From positions 600,001 to 632,000 of the forward strand of contig NZ_CP007536.1 in assembly GCF_000698785.1 (NCBI RefSeq): a DNA stretch of 32,000 bases. The letters run 5' to 3'. Positions within the stretch are counted from its first letter, which is position 1. The number at the start of each line of letters is the position of its first letter. Shown in pieces: positions 23,669 through 30,888 of the stretch. The notes below the pieces were generated by a model. That model had not been told where the DNA came from and searched no databases. It was given only the letters and a program-made list of their open reading frames with translations. This DNA is from Nitrososphaera viennensis EN76. Its GTDB lineage: Archaea > Thermoproteota > Nitrososphaeria > Nitrososphaerales > Nitrososphaeraceae. A program made the position numbers and the translations under genes.

Positions 23669-24739
23669 TTGCAGCGCTTGAGGATCTGGTTTGATGTCCT
23701 GACTCCAAAGCAGGTGATGTTCTTCAAAGACGCGGCGGCATCCCTGCGGGAAAAAGGGCACGAAGTCCTTTGCACATCGCGCGACTACCGCGAGGCAGTC
23801 GAGCTTGCAAGGATAAAAGGATTGGACCTGAAACTGGTCGGGAGGCACGGCGGCCCCGAGAGGTACGGCAAGCTGGCGGCAAGTGCCGAGCGGATGCGCG
23901 CCCTTGCAGACGTAATCAGCGGGTTTGCGCCAGACGTTGCAGTCACGTTTTCGTCGCCCGAGGGCGCAAGGGTCGCGTTTGGCCTTGGCGTCAGGCACAT
24001 CGGCTTTAACGACTCGCCGCACGCAGAGGCGGTGGCAAGGCTCACCGTGCCCCTCATGAGCAGGCTCTTGTGCCCGTGGGTGATACCGTACTCGTCGTGG
24101 ACAGGCTTTGGCATTTCAAGGAAAAACATTGCGCGCTATCATGCCCTGGACCCCGCGGCCTGGCTCAAGGGCGACGATTCCGCACGCACGGCTGGAGCAG
24201 AGCCCGGCGGCAAGAAAGAAAAGACAGTGCTCATCAGGCTGGAGGAAAGCAAGGCGTCATACATCGCCGACAAAAAGCTGGCAAGCACGGCCCTTGTGGA
24301 CGCCGTTGTGGCAGACGAGCTTGCGCAGCGCGTAGACATTGTGATTTTGTGCAGGTACAGCGACCAGATAGAAGAGGCAAAGGCAAGGTACGGAAGCAAG
24401 GCAAGGATAATCGAAAGCGTGGTTGACGGCGTCCCACTGATAAAGTCTGCCGACCTGTTCATAGGGGCCGGCGGGACCATGAGCGCCGAAGCAGCGCTCC
24501 TTGGCGTCCCGACGATATCCATAGCGCCGGTCAGGTACCACGTGGAGGACTATCTCGTCAGGTCAGGCCTGGTGGCAAGGGCCCGCGACCCGGGCGCACT
24601 TGCAAGGCTTGCCAGCAGGATGCTTGCAGGCGAGAAATTCCGCAAGGCGCAAAAGAAAAAGGCCGAGCGCGTGCTTGCCTCGATGGAGAACCCGACCAGG
24701 AAGATGCTTGCGGCAATACTGCAGGATCATAAATTATAA
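23669..24739 (+). CDS. DUF354-family protein (GT-B / UDP-GlcNAc 2-epimerase-like fold)
   Basis: RIWFDVLTPKQVMFFKDAAASLREKGHEVLCTSRDYREAVELARIKG matches my recollection of the conserved DUF354 N-terminus. The C-terminal FIGAGGTMSAEAALLGVPTISI resembles the GT-B nucleotide-binding half. TTG start. Confidence 0.65.
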   Translation: MQRLRIWFDVLTPKQVMFFKDAAASLREKGHEVLCTSRDYREAVELARIKGLDLKLVGRHGGPERYGKLAASAERMRALADVISGFAPDVAVTFSSPEGARVAFGLGVRHIGFNDSPHAEAVARLTVPLMSRLLCPWVIPYSSWTGFGISRKNIARYHALDPAAWLKGDDSARTAGAEPGGKKEKTVLIRLEESKASYIADKKLASTALVDAVVADELAQRVDIVILCRYSDQIEEAKARYGSKARIIESVVDGVPLIKSADLFIGAGGTMSAEAALLGVPTISIAPVRYHVEDYLVRSGLVARARDPGALARLASRMLAGEKFRKAQKKKAERVLASMENPTRKMLAAILQDHKL

Positions 24740-24771
24740 GGATCCAAAAGAAAGTGGAAACTACGCCCGGA

Positions 24772-24869
24772 AGCCCGGTGGAGGGAGAGACCTCTTTCCC
24801 GCCGAATGTAGTGGCCAAGCATAGGGGCCTTTGGAGCCCTTGACCCCAGTTCGAATCTGGGCCGGGCTA
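24772..24869 (+). tRNA. tRNA-Gln (anticodon UUG) interrupted by a 25-nt intron in the D-arm
   Basis: Acceptor AGCCCGG (24772-24778) / CCGGGCT (24862-24868), discriminator A. Anticodon arm GGGGC-CTTTGGA-GCCCT. T arm CCCAG-TTCGAAT-CTGGG. D-loop AGTGGCCAA. Removing 24782-24806 gives a 73-nt cloverleaf of the form AGCCCGGTGGTGTAGTGGCCAAGCAT..., typical of archaeal tRNA-Gln. No CCA is encoded. Confidence 0.8.
24782..24806 (+). other. Putative tRNA intron at a non-canonical position (between tRNA nt 9-11)
   Basis: The insert AGGGAGAGACCTCTTTCCCGCCGAA contains its own 7-bp hairpin GGGAGAG/CTTTCCC (one G.T pair) with loop ACCT. The boundary is ambiguous by 1 nt (24781-24805 is equally possible). Confidence 0.65.
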
Positions 24870-24919
24870 CTCTACTTTTACCCTAAAAATTCATAACATC
24901 TAGGCCGCAATGGCACCAC

Positions 24920-25912
24920 GTGGGAAGAAACAACAACAAGGTCTATGTTACAAGGAGGCTCCCGGGACCCGCCCTTGAAATGCTAAAGGGACTTGGCGTG
25001 ACGCTGCACAAGGGGCAGGAACCACCCACAAAAAAAGAGATCCTGAAAAACGTCGCCGGCAAGGACGCGATCCTCTGCATGCTTTCAGACAGGATAGACA
25101 AAGAGGTCATGGACGCGGCGGGGCCACAGCTAAAGATAATCAGCTCGTACAGCACCGGCTTTGAACACATCGATGTCGCCGAGGCTACCAAGCGCGGCAT
25201 CTATGTCACGTACACGTCAGACATCCTTGCAGAAGCGACCGCAGACATTACTTTTGCGCTCTTGCTTGCCTGCGCGCGCAACGTCGTCGCAGGCGACAGG
25301 ATGGTCAGGCAGAAAAAGTGGAAGGTGGGGTGGATGCCCGACCTGCTCCTTGGCCATAACGTGCATGGCGCCACCATCGGCATCATCGGCCTTGGCAAGA
25401 TAGGCTCTGCCGTCGCAAGGCGCGCAAGGGGCTTTGGCATGGAGATACTGTACTACAGCCGCAGGCGCAACGAAGCGGCTGAAAAGGAGCTTGGCGCCAG
25501 GTACGCCAGCCTCGACGACCTGCTTGCGCACAGCGACTTTGTCACCATCCACACCACCCTGAATGACGCAAGCAAGCACCTCATCAACAGGGAGCGCCTG
25601 GAAAAGATGAAAAAGACAGCGTTTCTGATAAACACTGCAAGGGGCGCGGTGGTAAACGAGCGCGATCTCGTTAGCGCATTGAAAAAAGGCACCATAGCCG
25701 GCGCGGGCCTTGACGTGTTTGAAAAAGAGCCGCTGGGGAAAAGCCCGCTTGTTGCCATGAAAAATGTCGTGCTTCTCCCGCATATCGGGAGCGCCGACCG
25801 CATGACGAGGTCAAGGATGGCAGAGGTCGCCGCAAAGAGCATCCTCGACGTCCTTGCGGCAGGAAAAGAGCCGGACCCAAAATTCCTAGTGAACCCGCAG
25901 GCCCGGCGCTAG
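24920..25912 (+). CDS. D-isomer-specific 2-hydroxyacid dehydrogenase (glyoxylate/hydroxypyruvate reductase-like)
   Basis: TIGIIGLGKIGSAVARRARGFGM (NAD-binding site), FLINTARG, LDVFEKEP and LLPHIGSA (catalytic His context) are typical of GyaR-type enzymes. GTG start lies 33 nt downstream of TATA ccctaaaaat. Confidence 0.85.
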   Translation: MGRNNNKVYVTRRLPGPALEMLKGLGVTLHKGQEPPTKKEILKNVAGKDAILCMLSDRIDKEVMDAAGPQLKIISSYSTGFEHIDVAEATKRGIYVTYTSDILAEATADITFALLLACARNVVAGDRMVRQKKWKVGWMPDLLLGHNVHGATIGIIGLGKIGSAVARRARGFGMEILYYSRRRNEAAEKELGARYASLDDLLAHSDFVTIHTTLNDASKHLINRERLEKMKKTAFLINTARGAVVNERDLVSALKKGTIAGAGLDVFEKEPLGKSPLVAMKNVVLLPHIGSADRMTRSRMAEVAAKSILDVLAAGKEPDPKFLVNPQARR

Positions 25913-26427
25913 GGCGACGACTCTTCCCACTCTTTCTTTTTGCGGTCATAGTCCTGCCGCGTGTACGCTATTCTTGCAGGGACGCCCATCACCACCGTTT
26001 CGGCAGGCACGTCCCTTGTCACCACAGAGCCCATCGCAACCACGCTGTTCTTGCCTATGCGCACGCCCGGCCTTACCACAGAACGCGCGCCGATTATCGC
26101 CCCGTCTTCCACCACAACTCCGACCATCTTGGGGCTCATCGGGTAGGGATCGTTGGTAAAGGTCGCGCCGGGGCCGATGAAGACGTCGTTTCCAATAACG
26201 GTGAGCGGCGGGATGTACACCATGCCCTCAATCTTGACGTTGTTTCCAATCTTGACGCCATAATCGACGTGGGCAAGCGAGCCTATCTTGACGTTGTCGC
26301 CCACTACGGTCTTGGCGCCAACGTACGCAAAGTGCCATATCCGGGTGTTCCTGCCTATTTTCGCTGTCTTGTCGACGTTGTTCCTGACGCCGGCGGCGTT
26401 TTTGTAGACTTTTTTGGGCTTGGCCAT
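25909..26427 (-). CDS. Left-handed beta-helix (hexapeptide-repeat) acyl/acetyltransferase
   Basis: Repeating [LIV]-G-x4 hexapeptides (IGRNTRI, VGDNVKIG, IGNNVKIEG, IGNDVFIGPG, IGARSVV, IGKNSVV), 172 aa. It resembles sugar N-acetyltransferases of the WbpD/QdtC type. Confidence 0.8.
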   Translation of the reverse strand: MAKPKKVYKNAAGVRNNVDKTAKIGRNTRIWHFAYVGAKTVVGDNVKIGSLAHVDYGVKIGNNVKIEGMVYIPPLTVIGNDVFIGPGATFTNDPYPMSPKMVGVVVEDGAIIGARSVVRPGVRIGKNSVVAMGSVVTRDVPAETVVMGVPARIAYTRQDYDRKKKEWEESSP

Positions 26428-26436
26428 TTCTATATA

Positions 26437-26706
26437 CTATAGATGCCACGGGTTTCCTTGCCTTAAGATTTTCTCGGGGATCTTGACCTGCCACTTGCGC
26501 AAAAAGCCCATGTCGCGCTCTTTGTTGCGCAGTTCATCCGGCAGCATGACTGGAATCTCTTCCATTATCGGGTAGTACCGCCCGCATTTTGTACAGGCAA
26601 GCACGCCTTCTCTCACCTCGTCGCCGGCAGCCTCGATCTCGACAAGCTCTAGCGGATAGTGCTTGTCTATCGGGCACGCCAGTATGTCAAGCATCGAGCG
26701 CTTCAT
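26437..26706 (-). CDS. Trm112-like small zinc-ribbon protein
   Basis: From MKRSMLDILACPIDKHYPLELVE...LACTKCGRYYPIMEEIPVMLPDE: the Trm112/DUF343 pattern (LACP...L.C..C...YPI..GIP.ML). 89 aa with a roughly 30-aa C-terminal extension. The ORF track's upstream extension overlaps the oxidoreductase gene and is rejected. Confidence 0.7.
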   Translation of the reverse strand: MKRSMLDILACPIDKHYPLELVEIEAAGDEVREGVLACTKCGRYYPIMEEIPVMLPDELRNKERDMGFLRKWQVKIPEKILRQGNPWHL

Positions 26707-26711
26707 TTTAT

Positions 26712-27674
26712 CTATTTCAGATCCAGGTATATTGGAGAGCCGGTGTCGCTTGATAAAAGTGCCGCTTCTGCCACCTTGGTGACGTTCGTGGCGTCCCGTG
26801 CAGGGACGGCAGAATTTTCTTTTCCTTGCACTGCGGCGATAAAGTTCCTCAGCTCCAAGGTCAGCGGCTCTTGAAATGGCATCCTCGGCGTGACTGTTTC
26901 GCCGGCGTTGTCGATTTTGATCTCTTGCGAGATAAAGTTGCCAGAGATTATGCCGTCCGTGCACACCGCGCTGAACGTGCGCACCTTCTTTGGCGTGAGC
27001 CAGTTTACGGATATTATTGCGACCCGCTGGTTTGCAAAGCCCAACATCAGAGTCGCAAAGTCTTCAAACTCGTGCACGTGCCTGCCTGCCCTTGCAAAGA
27101 CGACGTTTGGCCTTGCGTCAAAGAGGAACATTGCCGTGTCGATGTCGTGAACTGCCGTGTCAAATATGATGCCCACGTCCTTTATCTTTGGCGGCATGCG
27201 GTTTTCGCGGTGGAACTCCAGCATGAGGAGGTCGCCGCACTTTTTGTCGGCTATCATCTTTTTCGTCTCGCTCACAGCGGGGTTAAAGCGCTCGATGTAG
27301 CCGCACGTCAGAGTGACGCGCTTTTTCCGGGCAAGCTCTGTCATCTCGTCGCACTCTTGCGATGAAAACGAGAGCGGCTTTTCCACGAACGCGTGCAGGC
27401 CCCGGTCGATGACCTTCTTGGCCACTGCAGAATGCGTCCTGGTCGGCGTGCAGACAAGGCAGGCGTCAAGGCGCTCCTGCGCAAGCATGTCGTCCACCGA
27501 CGAATATGGCGTTGCGCCGTGCTTGGCAGAGATCTCTTTTGCCCTGGCAGCGTCAAAATCGCATACCGCGCCAAGGACCCCAAGTTCGCCAAGGACGCGG
27601 GCGTGATTCTTGCCCCATCCCCCCACTCCTATTACCGCTATTCTTGAATTGTTGTTATTGCTGTTATCTACCAT
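26712..27674 (-). CDS. Gfo/Idh/MocA-family NAD(P)-dependent oxidoreductase
   Basis: RIAVIGVGGWGKNHARVL (Rossmann), VCTPTRTHSAVAKKVIDRGLHAFVEKPL (the EKP motif) and a C-terminal alpha/beta domain. 320 aa. An Asn-rich N-terminus precedes the fold. Confidence 0.85.
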   Translation of the reverse strand: MVDNSNNNNSRIAVIGVGGWGKNHARVLGELGVLGAVCDFDAARAKEISAKHGATPYSSVDDMLAQERLDACLVCTPTRTHSAVAKKVIDRGLHAFVEKPLSFSSQECDEMTELARKKRVTLTCGYIERFNPAVSETKKMIADKKCGDLLMLEFHRENRMPPKIKDVGIIFDTAVHDIDTAMFLFDARPNVVFARAGRHVHEFEDFATLMLGFANQRVAIISVNWLTPKKVRTFSAVCTDGIISGNFISQEIKIDNAGETVTPRMPFQEPLTLELRNFIAAVQGKENSAVPARDATNVTKVAEAALLSSDTGSPIYLDLK

Positions 27675-28585
27675 ACAGGTGTTAACCAGTCCGTGTACTC
27701 TTTAACGCCACCGGTTACAACCTTCTCGTATGTTTGTCTTATGCTCTTTGACACGGGCCCTTCCTTGCCGGTGCCTATCGTGTGGCCGTCGACGCTCGTG
27801 ACAGGGACTATCTCGGCGGCTGTCCCGGTGAGAAAGATCTCGTCGGCCATGTAGAGCTCTGCCCGGGGTATCGGGCGCTCGGTGACGGTGTATCCCATCC
27901 CCCTTGCCATGGTGATGGCAGACTCGCGGGTGATGCCTTCAAGAGCAGAATCGGCAAAATACGGCGTGTAGATGTTGCCGTTTCGGACGAGGAAGATGTT
28001 CTCGCCAGAGGCCTCGCTCACGTTGCCGGCGACGTCAAGCAGTATCGACTCGTCATAGCCGTCCCTCCGGCATTCCTGCGTGGCAAGCACCGAGTTGAGG
28101 TAGTTGCCCGCCGCCTTGGCAAGCGGGGGCGTCGTCTGGTCGCTTATGCGCCTCCACGACGAGACGCGGGCCTTTAGGCCGTCGCCCTTGAAGTATTTTG
28201 CAAACGGGAACGCGACTATGATTGTGTGGGTCGGCGAGTCCTTGGTAACATTGAGGTCTATTCCGTGCATGCCCACGAACGTGAGCGGGCGTATGTAGAC
28301 AGATTCCCTCATCTTGTTTTTTTTCAAGAGCTCGACAGTTGCGTCGCTCAGCTCCTTTGCAGAGTGCTTGACCGTAAGCGAGTAAACGTTTGCCGAGCGG
28401 TGGAGGCGCTCCATGTGCTCCTTCAAGCGAAAGACAAACACGTTGTCCTTGGAGCTGTAGCCGCGGATGCCCTCGAAGACGGCAGTGCCGTAGTGCAGCG
28501 CATGCGTAAAGACGGGGACCTTGGCGTCTTCCCACTTGACAAACTTGCCGTCAAACCAGATGAACTCGGCGCCCTTTTCCTTCAT
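27668..28585 (-). CDS. ilvE: Branched-chain amino acid aminotransferase (fold type IV)
   Basis: Closely colinear with E. coli IlvE as I recall it: IWFDGKFVKWEDAKVPVFTHALHYGTAVFEGIRGY, YIRPL, AKAAGNYLNS, EASGENIF, PALEGITR, TGTAAEIVPV. TATA tttttataag (minus strand, 28613-28622) lies about 32 nt upstream of ATG 28585. Confidence 0.9.
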   Translation of the reverse strand: MKEKGAEFIWFDGKFVKWEDAKVPVFTHALHYGTAVFEGIRGYSSKDNVFVFRLKEHMERLHRSANVYSLTVKHSAKELSDATVELLKKNKMRESVYIRPLTFVGMHGIDLNVTKDSPTHTIIVAFPFAKYFKGDGLKARVSSWRRISDQTTPPLAKAAGNYLNSVLATQECRRDGYDESILLDVAGNVSEASGENIFLVRNGNIYTPYFADSALEGITRESAITMARGMGYTVTERPIPRAELYMADEIFLTGTAAEIVPVTSVDGHTIGTGKEGPVSKSIRQTYEKVVTGGVKEYTDWLTPVW

Positions 28586-28628
28586 TTCTTACTTGGCAAG
28601 CTTTCTTGGTGGCTTATAAAAATCCTAC

Positions 28629-29243
28629 TCACTTGTAACCTTCCCGGGGAAACTTCATGCCCATGACGCGCGTGGTTGCGTCCTGCTCTTCTTTTGCAAA
28701 CCTCTCGACCACGGACCAGCTGCGCTCGATCACGCCAACCACCTGCGAAGGCACCATTTCGCGCCACGTTCCCCGGTCGCCTTCAAGCGCTTCCCTGTAG
28801 AGCATCTCCTTGACAGACGTTGCAGATATCTCAAGCCTGTCAGCCTTTAGAGGGTTCAGCCGGTAAACCCTGAGCATCAAGCGCTCGGCCTTGTCTCCCG
28901 TGTACGAGACAAACCTGCCCTCCTTTACGTGCGACACTATCTGGTTTCGAAGCTCCCACGATTTTGAGGACAGGAGCGGAGGCAGGTATTTCGTAAAAGG
29001 GGCGTAGAAGGTATAGTCCGGCAAGACCCTCACAGAATCGCCAAATAGCACCTCGACCATTTCCTTGCGCTGCTCAAAGGAGAATGGAAAGCTCTTTGTG
29101 TTCATCTCCCTGTTGTCCTTCATAAAGCGCACCGGAAATACATAGACAGAGTAGCCGCGACCAAGCAGCGACGATATTATCGACTCGTGTGCCTTTGTCA
29201 CGGGATTAAGATGTGCAAGGTACAGGGCGGCGGTTCTTCCCAT
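28629..29243 (-). CDS. Nucleotidyltransferase of the cytidylyltransferase-like (T/HxGH) superfamily
   Basis: AALYLAHLNPVTKAH aligns with GRFQPFHKGH-type motifs (here TKAH), and EISATSVKEM aligns with the ISSTxxR motif. 204 aa. Substrate not assignable. Confidence 0.55.
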   Translation of the reverse strand: MGRTAALYLAHLNPVTKAHESIISSLLGRGYSVYVFPVRFMKDNREMNTKSFPFSFEQRKEMVEVLFGDSVRVLPDYTFYAPFTKYLPPLLSSKSWELRNQIVSHVKEGRFVSYTGDKAERLMLRVYRLNPLKADRLEISATSVKEMLYREALEGDRGTWREMVPSQVVGVIERSWSVVERFAKEEQDATTRVMGMKFPREGYK

Positions 29244-29311
29244 ATACTCCGCTACCGTTAGATTAATGCCCCATATAAAAAGTGGAAAAAGAATTTTTTC
29301 CTGCGGCCGGC

Positions 29312-29644
29312 TCAGTCCTTTCTGATCTCGATTTCAATCGTCGAGACGTTGCGCGTCCTTCCGTCCTCTGACTTGACAGTCTCAGAACCAATCCTTACGT
29401 CACCTATCTTGTAGCCCGCGCTTTCCATCCTCTTGATCGTGATCTGCGACACGTCTACAGCCCTGCCAATGCTCAACCCCCTTGCCTTGATCGTCACCTT
29501 CGGCTGGTTTGCCAGCTGGATGAGCGTCGAGGTGACGTATGCCATGAGCGGTTTTTTGCCGATGTAGATTGTGTCATGTGGTCCATCCCTTGAACCCTGT
29601 GGAGCGCTTGAATTCTGTGGTGTGCTTGGTTGTGCTTCAGACAT
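29312..29644 (-). CDS. albA: Alba (Sac10b) DNA/RNA-binding protein with a low-complexity N-terminal tail
   Basis: IYIGKKPLMAYVTSTLIQLANQPKVTIKARGLSIGRAVDVSQITIKRM...STIEIEIRK is the canonical Alba fold sequence. It is preceded by the roughly 25-aa tail MSEAQPSTPQNSSAPQGSRDGPHDT. TATA lies 30 nt upstream of ATG 29644. Confidence 0.9.
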   Translation of the reverse strand: MSEAQPSTPQNSSAPQGSRDGPHDTIYIGKKPLMAYVTSTLIQLANQPKVTIKARGLSIGRAVDVSQITIKRMESAGYKIGDVRIGSETVKSEDGRTRNVSTIEIEIRKD

Positions 29645-29733
29645 ATGGAGCGTGAGTGGTCGCAGGGCTAATTTAAGCTATGACCGCTTCCCGCGGCTGC
29701 GACTTTTTTGATCAGGATGATGATTATAGTACT

Positions 29734-30261
29734 TCAAGTCTGTGACGACAGAATAGTTTCGATGCCGGCGTCGGTCGGCCCAAAGTCCCTTACAACCTCT
29801 GACCATTTCACGCACCTTACAGAATTGATAGATCTTATCCCGTCCATCAGGTTGAGCAGCTCCCGCGAGTCTTTGTAAAAGACGGCGGCCACGATATTTG
29901 CCTGAGGGTCGCCGATTCTCAATGACGTGCTGATGATGTTCTTGCCAAAGCTGCGCAAAAGCTCAGAGACCGCCTCTCCGCAATCCCCGTCGACAGAGAT
30001 CATCAGGTCGGCCCTTCGCCAGTGAAACATGCTTATGTTTATGTAGTATTTCTTTTTCAGTATCGTGTGTTCGAGCTTGGCCCGCCTTCTCTGGATAGTT
30101 GAAAGCGGGCTGTCGTACTTGCTTGCAAGAAATGTGCTCTTGACTTCGGCATCCTTTATCATTTCCTTGATTATGCCAATATCGAGGTCATCTAGCACAA
30201 GTTTGTTTACCTGATCGGACTGTTGTGACACAAAATTGCGATTCTTCCCCACGTTTGACAT
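29734..30261 (-). CDS. Lrp/AsnC-family transcriptional regulator
   Basis: LDDLDIGIIKEMIKDAEVKSTFLASKYDSPLSTIQRRRAKLE (HTH_AsnC type) plus a C-terminal RAM-like domain. ATG 30261 lies 25 nt downstream of TATA catttaaatg (30281-30290). Confidence 0.8.
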   Translation of the reverse strand: MSNVGKNRNFVSQQSDQVNKLVLDDLDIGIIKEMIKDAEVKSTFLASKYDSPLSTIQRRRAKLEHTILKKKYYINISMFHWRRADLMISVDGDCGEAVSELLRSFGKNIISTSLRIGDPQANIVAAVFYKDSRELLNLMDGIRSINSVRCVKWSEVVRDFGPTDAGIETILSSQT

Positions 30262-30308
30262 TTTACGTCAGATGGCAAATCATTTAAATGTTTTAGTATT
30301 AAATCTTT

Positions 30309-30325
30309 GTTGTATATGATACAAC
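30309..30325. promoter_or_regulatory. Perfect 7-3-7 palindrome, Lrp-box-like operator candidate
   Basis: GTTGTAT-ATG-ATACAAC. The core TTGTATATGATACAA fits the TTGYA-W5-TRCAA type box I recall for Ss-LrpB, with one non-W base in the spacer. It lies about 20 nt upstream of the TATA of the 29734..30261 Lrp gene. Confidence 0.5.
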
Positions 30326-30339
30326 GTGTCAACTATTTA

Positions 30340-30355
30340 GTTGCAATTAGGCAAC
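30340..30355. promoter_or_regulatory. Second imperfect Lrp-box-like inverted repeat
   Basis: GTTGC-AATTAG-GCAAC. Two further GCAAC copies follow at 30362-30366 and 30372-30376 (the latter inside the 3' end of the upstream CDS). Confidence 0.35.
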
Positions 30356-30365
30356 AAATGCAACG

Positions 30366-30866
30366 CTACGGCAACATGGAAATTATGTTCTTGTTGTGAA
30401 CAGGAACGGCGTATACTTCTTGTGACCACGTGACGCGGTCTATGCCTTCGATATTCCATATTTTGGAGATGGTTCCAAGAACATCAGTGCTGTCACTATA
30501 GACAAATTCTGCCACTATGTCAGAGGTTCCCAGGTGGACTGCGACTGAAACGATCCCATCGATTTGCGCAAGCTTTTGCGCAGCCACAGAAACGTCGCTG
30601 CCTTTGATGCTCATGTGGATCATCCCCTTGTTGTAGCCGAGTTTTTTGTAGTTTGGCTCCATTTTGCTTTTGACGATGTCTTTTTCAAGTATTATCCTTG
30701 TCCTGCGCTGGACCGTGCTCAATGGCACCTTCAGCTCTTTTGAGATTTGTTTATTGTCGCGCCCGGATACCAGCAGGCTGATTATCTTGAGATCTAACTC
30801 GTCTATTCGCACCACAGACTTGTTATTCAGGTCACGAGTAAGGATAGTTTTGGTGTTTTTCCTCAA
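30366..30866 (-). CDS. Lrp/AsnC-family transcriptional regulator (paralog)
   Basis: IDELDLKIISLLVSGRDNKQISKELKVPLSTVQRRTRIILE plus a RAM-like C-terminal domain. It shares PLST[IV]QRR with the neighbour. TTG start at 30866, 29 nt downstream of the TATA-like agatatactt. Confidence 0.8.
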   Translation of the reverse strand: MRKNTKTILTRDLNNKSVVRIDELDLKIISLLVSGRDNKQISKELKVPLSTVQRRTRIILEKDIVKSKMEPNYKKLGYNKGMIHMSIKGSDVSVAAQKLAQIDGIVSVAVHLGTSDIVAEFVYSDSTDVLGTISKIWNIEGIDRVTWSQEVYAVPVHNKNIISMLP

Positions 30867-30871
30867 CTCCT

Positions 30872-30888
30872 ATGGTACATAATACCAT
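30872..30888. promoter_or_regulatory. Perfect 6-5-6 palindrome between TATA and start of the Lrp paralog
   Basis: ATGGTA-CATAA-TACCAT lies 6-22 nt upstream of the TTG start. That is the position expected to overlap the transcription start site, typical of a repressor operator. Confidence 0.45.

Noticed and set aside
25201-25949. Minus-strand ORFs of 79-188 aa opposite the 2-hydroxyacid dehydrogenase gene
   Set aside because: They are antisense to a gene with clear NAD-binding and catalytic motifs and have no motifs of their own.
26707-26964. Upstream part of the 175-aa ORF 26437..26964
   Set aside because: Only the last 89 codons (from MKRSMLDILACP) look like a Trm112-type protein. The upstream part overlaps the 3' end of the oxidoreductase gene in another frame and is Arg-rich.
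1424-27665. Microsatellite-like triplet runs: AAC/AAT/AGC at 1424-1444, CAA/CAG at 3619-3636, AGY/AAC at 6102-6122 and 19836-19856, and AAT/AAC on the minus strand near 27645-27665
   Set aside because: All are in-frame runs encoding short Asn/Ser/Gln tracts at protein termini or linkers (NNNNNSS, QQQQQQ, SSSSNKS, TSSSNNN, NSNNNNS). They are low-complexity coding sequence, not independent tandem repeats or CRISPR-like arrays.
29717-29723. C-box-like ATGATGA (also on the minus strand opposite 4666-4672, and AATGATGC at 1031-1038) as possible C/D-box sRNAs
   Set aside because: There is no matching D box (CUGA) at the appropriate distance, no C'/D' pair and no terminal stem. The 29717 copy sits in the 3' flank of an Lrp gene.
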